Origin: Patescibacteria group bacterium
GTDB taxonomy: Bacteria; Patescibacteriota; Saccharimonadia; Saccharimonadales; JANWIN01
Assembly (NCBI GenBank): GCA_035480855.1
Contig: DATIHJ010000019.1
Span: 80,096-144,095 of the forward strand
Length of the DNA stretch: 64,000 nucleotides
Direction of reading: 5' to 3'
This document shows, piece by piece, positions 61,029 through 64,000 of this stretch. Position 1 is the first letter of the stretch. Every line of letters begins with the position of its first letter. Below the pieces are notes generated by a model. That model saw only the letters and a program-made list of their open reading frames with translations. It was not told the DNA's origin and searched no databases. A program made the position numbers and the translations under genes.

Positions 61029-62324
61029 ATGACAAGTACAACCATGACTAAACTATTGTTTAAGTTTGCAACGCCCAAAAAGCGTTTGTCTCTTTCAAGA
61101 TACTTTCCGGCAGGTACAAGTTACTTTTACGCCTATCCAGCAGGTGAGGACTCTGGATTTTTAAATAAAGTTAGTCCTAAGGTAGAGGAGCTAGTCGCAG
61201 CACGCACACTTAGCTGCGCAGGAGAGGACGTGTCAGTAGTCAAATTTGCAGCTACTCATAGTTCGGTTGTAGGCAAGGACCTTATTAAAACTCTAGGTAT
61301 ACCTCAGCTGCCCGCAAAGCAGGTTATTGTTCTGCCAGAGAAAATAGACGCTAACTTAGCAGGCACTTCTCGCAACAAGGCCATTAAAGAGGCCCTTTTA
61401 AAGCGGGTAAGGCCAGGTAGCCTGGTAATGGCTCAGCCCTACACAGATAATTCTATAGCTCATATGTATCAAATACCTGCCCAGCTAAGCACTTGGATTA
61501 ACGACAAAAACAATATGGATCAGTACATCGATCCCAAAAACTTACCAAAGCGTCAGGCGGTATACATAGACGGCGAGCAATTCGGTGCCTACCACAATGA
61601 AATCAAACTACCGTGCGTAGTAAAGGTAACGTCCTCAAGCTCTGGGGATGGCGTATATATCTGCCGAACCGAGCAAGACATGGAACATGCTATGGATGAG
61701 CTCCGCGACATAAAAAGTACCATATTTGTAGAGCAGTATATTGAAGCTAAGAAAAACTATGGCATACACTTTGGGATTCCGTATGACCATACAAAACCAA
61801 TTGACCTTATTGGCGTTAACGAGCAACTAACCACTAAAGATGGTGAATTTATGGGTGGAATTATTGAAACCGTGGCCTTGCCAACAGAGCTTCTACCCCT
61901 AGAAGGCTACCTATTAGATGAGGTTTTGCCTAAGATTCGAGATATGGGCTGGTATGGGGTTGGCTGTTTTGATGTTTTGTGTGATGATCAAGACCGCTTA
62001 TACCTTATTGATGCTAATTTCCGAGTTACGGGTATGTCTGCCTACCATTTTTTAATTTCTAACGGAGTTATCAAGAAGCCACTTCTGAGTTTCGGCGGCG
62101 AGTTTGTAGGCAACAGGGAGCAGTTCGAAGAAGCGCTATTCCCATATGCAAGCAAAAATAGCCGTACACGTATGGTCCAAATGATTGCACTTACTCGCTA
62201 CGGCGACACATGGAGTTTTAACGCAGCCCTGTCGTTTGAGAACCACCTGCAACTTAAGTCCCGCGCCTGGGCACTACTTCGTCAAGGCATAAAATCACCA
62301 GCCCTGGAGCATTTAATCAAATAG
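61029..62324 (+). CDS. ATP-grasp domain protein (unknown ligase), 431 aa
   Basis: VVKVTSSSSGDGVYIC (glycine-rich loop), FVEQYIE hinge, and LYLIDANFRVTG (Mg/ATP site). Confidence 0.7.
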   Translation: MTSTTMTKLLFKFATPKKRLSLSRYFPAGTSYFYAYPAGEDSGFLNKVSPKVEELVAARTLSCAGEDVSVVKFAATHSSVVGKDLIKTLGIPQLPAKQVIVLPEKIDANLAGTSRNKAIKEALLKRVRPGSLVMAQPYTDNSIAHMYQIPAQLSTWINDKNNMDQYIDPKNLPKRQAVYIDGEQFGAYHNEIKLPCVVKVTSSSSGDGVYICRTEQDMEHAMDELRDIKSTIFVEQYIEAKKNYGIHFGIPYDHTKPIDLIGVNEQLTTKDGEFMGGIIETVALPTELLPLEGYLLDEVLPKIRDMGWYGVGCFDVLCDDQDRLYLIDANFRVTGMSAYHFLISNGVIKKPLLSFGGEFVGNREQFEEALFPYASKNSRTRMVQMIALTRYGDTWSFNAALSFENHLQLKSRAWALLRQGIKSPALEHLIK

Positions 62325-62327
62325 AAA

Positions 62328-63752
62328 CTATTGATGTTCCGTAATTAAGGGCAGGGTAATGATAAAAGTGGCGCCATGGCCTATCTGGCTTTGAGCAGTT
62401 ATGTTACCGCCCATACGGTCTATGACAAGTTTTGTAGAGTAAAGGCCAATTCCTGTGCCCTCATATTGATACTCCATGGTACTAGTACCTCGGTGAAACT
62501 TCGTAAAAAGCCTAGACATTTCCTCTGCGGCTATACCAATGCCAGAGTCAGAAATAGATAGCTTCGCATTACTGCCCTCGGTCATGGCTTCTAACTTTAC
62601 CCAGCCCCCATCCGGCGTAAATTTCAGAGCGTTATCGAGCAAATTCCAAATAGCACCACGTAAATGGGCTGGGCTAATATTTGCTTTCACATCTCCAAGA
62701 CTAATGTTAGGAGTAAACGTAATATTTTTTTGGTTAGCAAGTATGACCGCATCATCGGCCATACCTTGCAAAAGCTTCGCCAGTTCTGTTGGCTCTTTTT
62801 GTATCACATCTTTACCAGACTCCACCTGAGAAATTGTTAACATATCCTCTGCAAAGGCAGTCAAACGTTTGCTACTAACAGCAATGGTATCTAGTATGTG
62901 CCGCAGCTGGGCACTAACCTCTGTTTTTTGCAGCGACTCTAGATAGCCGTTTATTATTGTCAACGGCGTACGCAAGTTATGTGAGCTTATCATCATAAAT
63001 TCCGTTTTTAGCCTATCAACCTCGCGAAGTTGGGCAATATTAGCCTTTAGCGACTCCGCCATGCTGTTTACAGCTTTAGCTAGTGCTCCTACTTCGTCAT
63101 GACTTACTATATTTATCTGCTGATCGAAATGTCCAGCGCTAATCAGTAGAGCCTGCCTACTAACAGCTTGGATAGGCTTAACGAACAGCCGAGTTGTCAC
63201 AAGATAGGTAATGAGAATGCTAACCAGTAGACCCAAAATAACAAACAAAATAGTAAGCATCTCTGTGTGGTGAATGGCTGCTTCCACCGAAGTGCTTGAA
63301 ACAAAATATACCAAATTGTAGCGGTGTGAACCGTTTTCTTCTATCAGCGGTACAACAATGCGTTGAATAATGCCGCTGGCATTGTGGTCATATATTGGCT
63401 TAAAGGTAGTAGCCGTTTGCTCATCTACTTGGACAGTTTGGTTATCGTGCTGGTTGAAAGCGACTTTTCCCACAGTGTCAACGACAGCCACATCTGCAAT
63501 CGTTTTATTTAAATCTGTAAAGTTTTGTATTTGCTGGGTGATTTTTATCTGACCTGAATCCTGATAAGTCAAAAACGTATTACCTACAGGGGTTGTGGCT
63601 AGCGCCGCAAACAGCTTTGACCGGGTGTTTAGGTCATCACGTAAACTACTTGAGTTTTGACGGATCAAGACAACTGCAATCACACCAAAAATTAGCGCCA
63701 GCAATGCAACAATAACAAATGCGAACTTTAGGCGAAGGCCTGGCCGCTTCAT
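62328..63752 (-). CDS. Membrane sensor histidine kinase (extracytoplasmic sensor domain + HAMP + HisKA + HATPase_c)
   Basis: Two TM helices flank a sensor domain of about 130 aa. H-box SSHNLRTPL; DSGIGI and GTGIGL boxes. Confidence 0.88.
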   Translation of the reverse strand: MKRPGLRLKFAFVIVALLALIFGVIAVVLIRQNSSSLRDDLNTRSKLFAALATTPVGNTFLTYQDSGQIKITQQIQNFTDLNKTIADVAVVDTVGKVAFNQHDNQTVQVDEQTATTFKPIYDHNASGIIQRIVVPLIEENGSHRYNLVYFVSSTSVEAAIHHTEMLTILFVILGLLVSILITYLVTTRLFVKPIQAVSRQALLISAGHFDQQINIVSHDEVGALAKAVNSMAESLKANIAQLREVDRLKTEFMMISSHNLRTPLTIINGYLESLQKTEVSAQLRHILDTIAVSSKRLTAFAEDMLTISQVESGKDVIQKEPTELAKLLQGMADDAVILANQKNITFTPNISLGDVKANISPAHLRGAIWNLLDNALKFTPDGGWVKLEAMTEGSNAKLSISDSGIGIAAEEMSRLFTKFHRGTSTMEYQYEGTGIGLYSTKLVIDRMGGNITAQSQIGHGATFIITLPLITEHQ

Positions 63753-63755
63753 GGC

Positions 63756-64000
63756 CTATTGCTGATAGACTTTCCAGAGGTAGACACCTAGGCCTGCACC
63801 TGGAATATCACGGTGCAGCGTGTAGCTTGTGCTGGTCTGTGCATAGAAACCTGTTCGGCTAAATAGTGGAATAGCAGGCACATTATCATTTAGTTTTTGG
63901 GCTGCTTGTTGCAAAAGTGTAATGTGCTTGGCGCCATCAAGGGTCTGGTTAGCTTTAGTTAGCAAATCATCCACCGCCTGATTATCGAACGTAGAAGGGT
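63756..64000 (-). CDS. C-terminal end of an ABC-transporter substrate-binding protein (family 5, peptide/nickel type); the 5' part is outside the window
   Basis: Frame is open to the window edge. The C-terminal pattern ...NVPAIPLFSRTGFYAQ... is typical of SBP_bac_5. The stop lies 3 nt before the kinase ATG. Confidence 0.6.
   Translation of the reverse strand, partial: PSTFDNQAVDDLLTKANQTLDGAKHITLLQQAAQKLNDNVPAIPLFSRTGFYAQTSTSYTLHRDIPGAGLGVYLWKVYQQ

Noticed and set aside
1-64000. Search for CRISPR arrays, transposases, integrases, phage genes, restriction-modification or other known defence systems, inteins, rRNA genes, and alternative genetic codes.
   Set aside because: No spaced direct repeats, no recognisable mobile-element or defence protein motifs and no rRNA-like sequence were found. 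DnaB is of normal length. TGA, TAA and TAG all function as stops of well-conserved genes, so the standard code applies.

Overview
Compact, almost entirely housekeeping region of a small-genome bacterium. The gene content and style suggest a Candidate Phyla Radiation / Patescibacteria organism, plausibly Saccharibacteria-like: the spc cluster runs rpsE directly into rplO with no L30 gene, secY runs into infA with no adk or map, and many ribosomal proteins carry K/A/E/P-rich tails. The window holds tuf plus the S10-spc-alpha ribosomal super-operon (1.6-18.8 kb). It also holds a fragmented tRNA-rpmG-secE-nusG-rplKA...rplJL cluster (23.7-40.9 kb), replication and repair genes (holB, dnaX, dnaB, ybaB, recR), trpS, cysS, five tRNAs, cell-wall enzymes, two sensor kinases without response regulators, and a nucleotide module (dcd, two tmk, a Tmk-ThyX fusion). 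I saw no CRISPR array, transposase, integrase or recognisable defence system. The most interesting signals are regulatory and came from reading intergenic DNA by eye. (1) Three leaders share one architecture: an extended -10 box, then 6-7 nt, then the ATG of an unannotated 17-25 codon mini-ORF, then mutually exclusive antiterminator and terminator helices. One mini-ORF has consecutive Tyr-Trp-Phe codons and lies between a prephenate-dehydratase-like gene and trpS. (2) Leaderless-mRNA promoter geometry occurs at 13 operon-first genes. (3) Orphan ORFs are inserted at normally invariant junctions: rpsJ|rplC, rplB|rpsS, nusG|rplK and rplK|rplA. (4) A translationally coupled dcd -> Tmk::ThyX-ThyX fusion. 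All functional calls rest on motif recognition by eye, and no database search was run.
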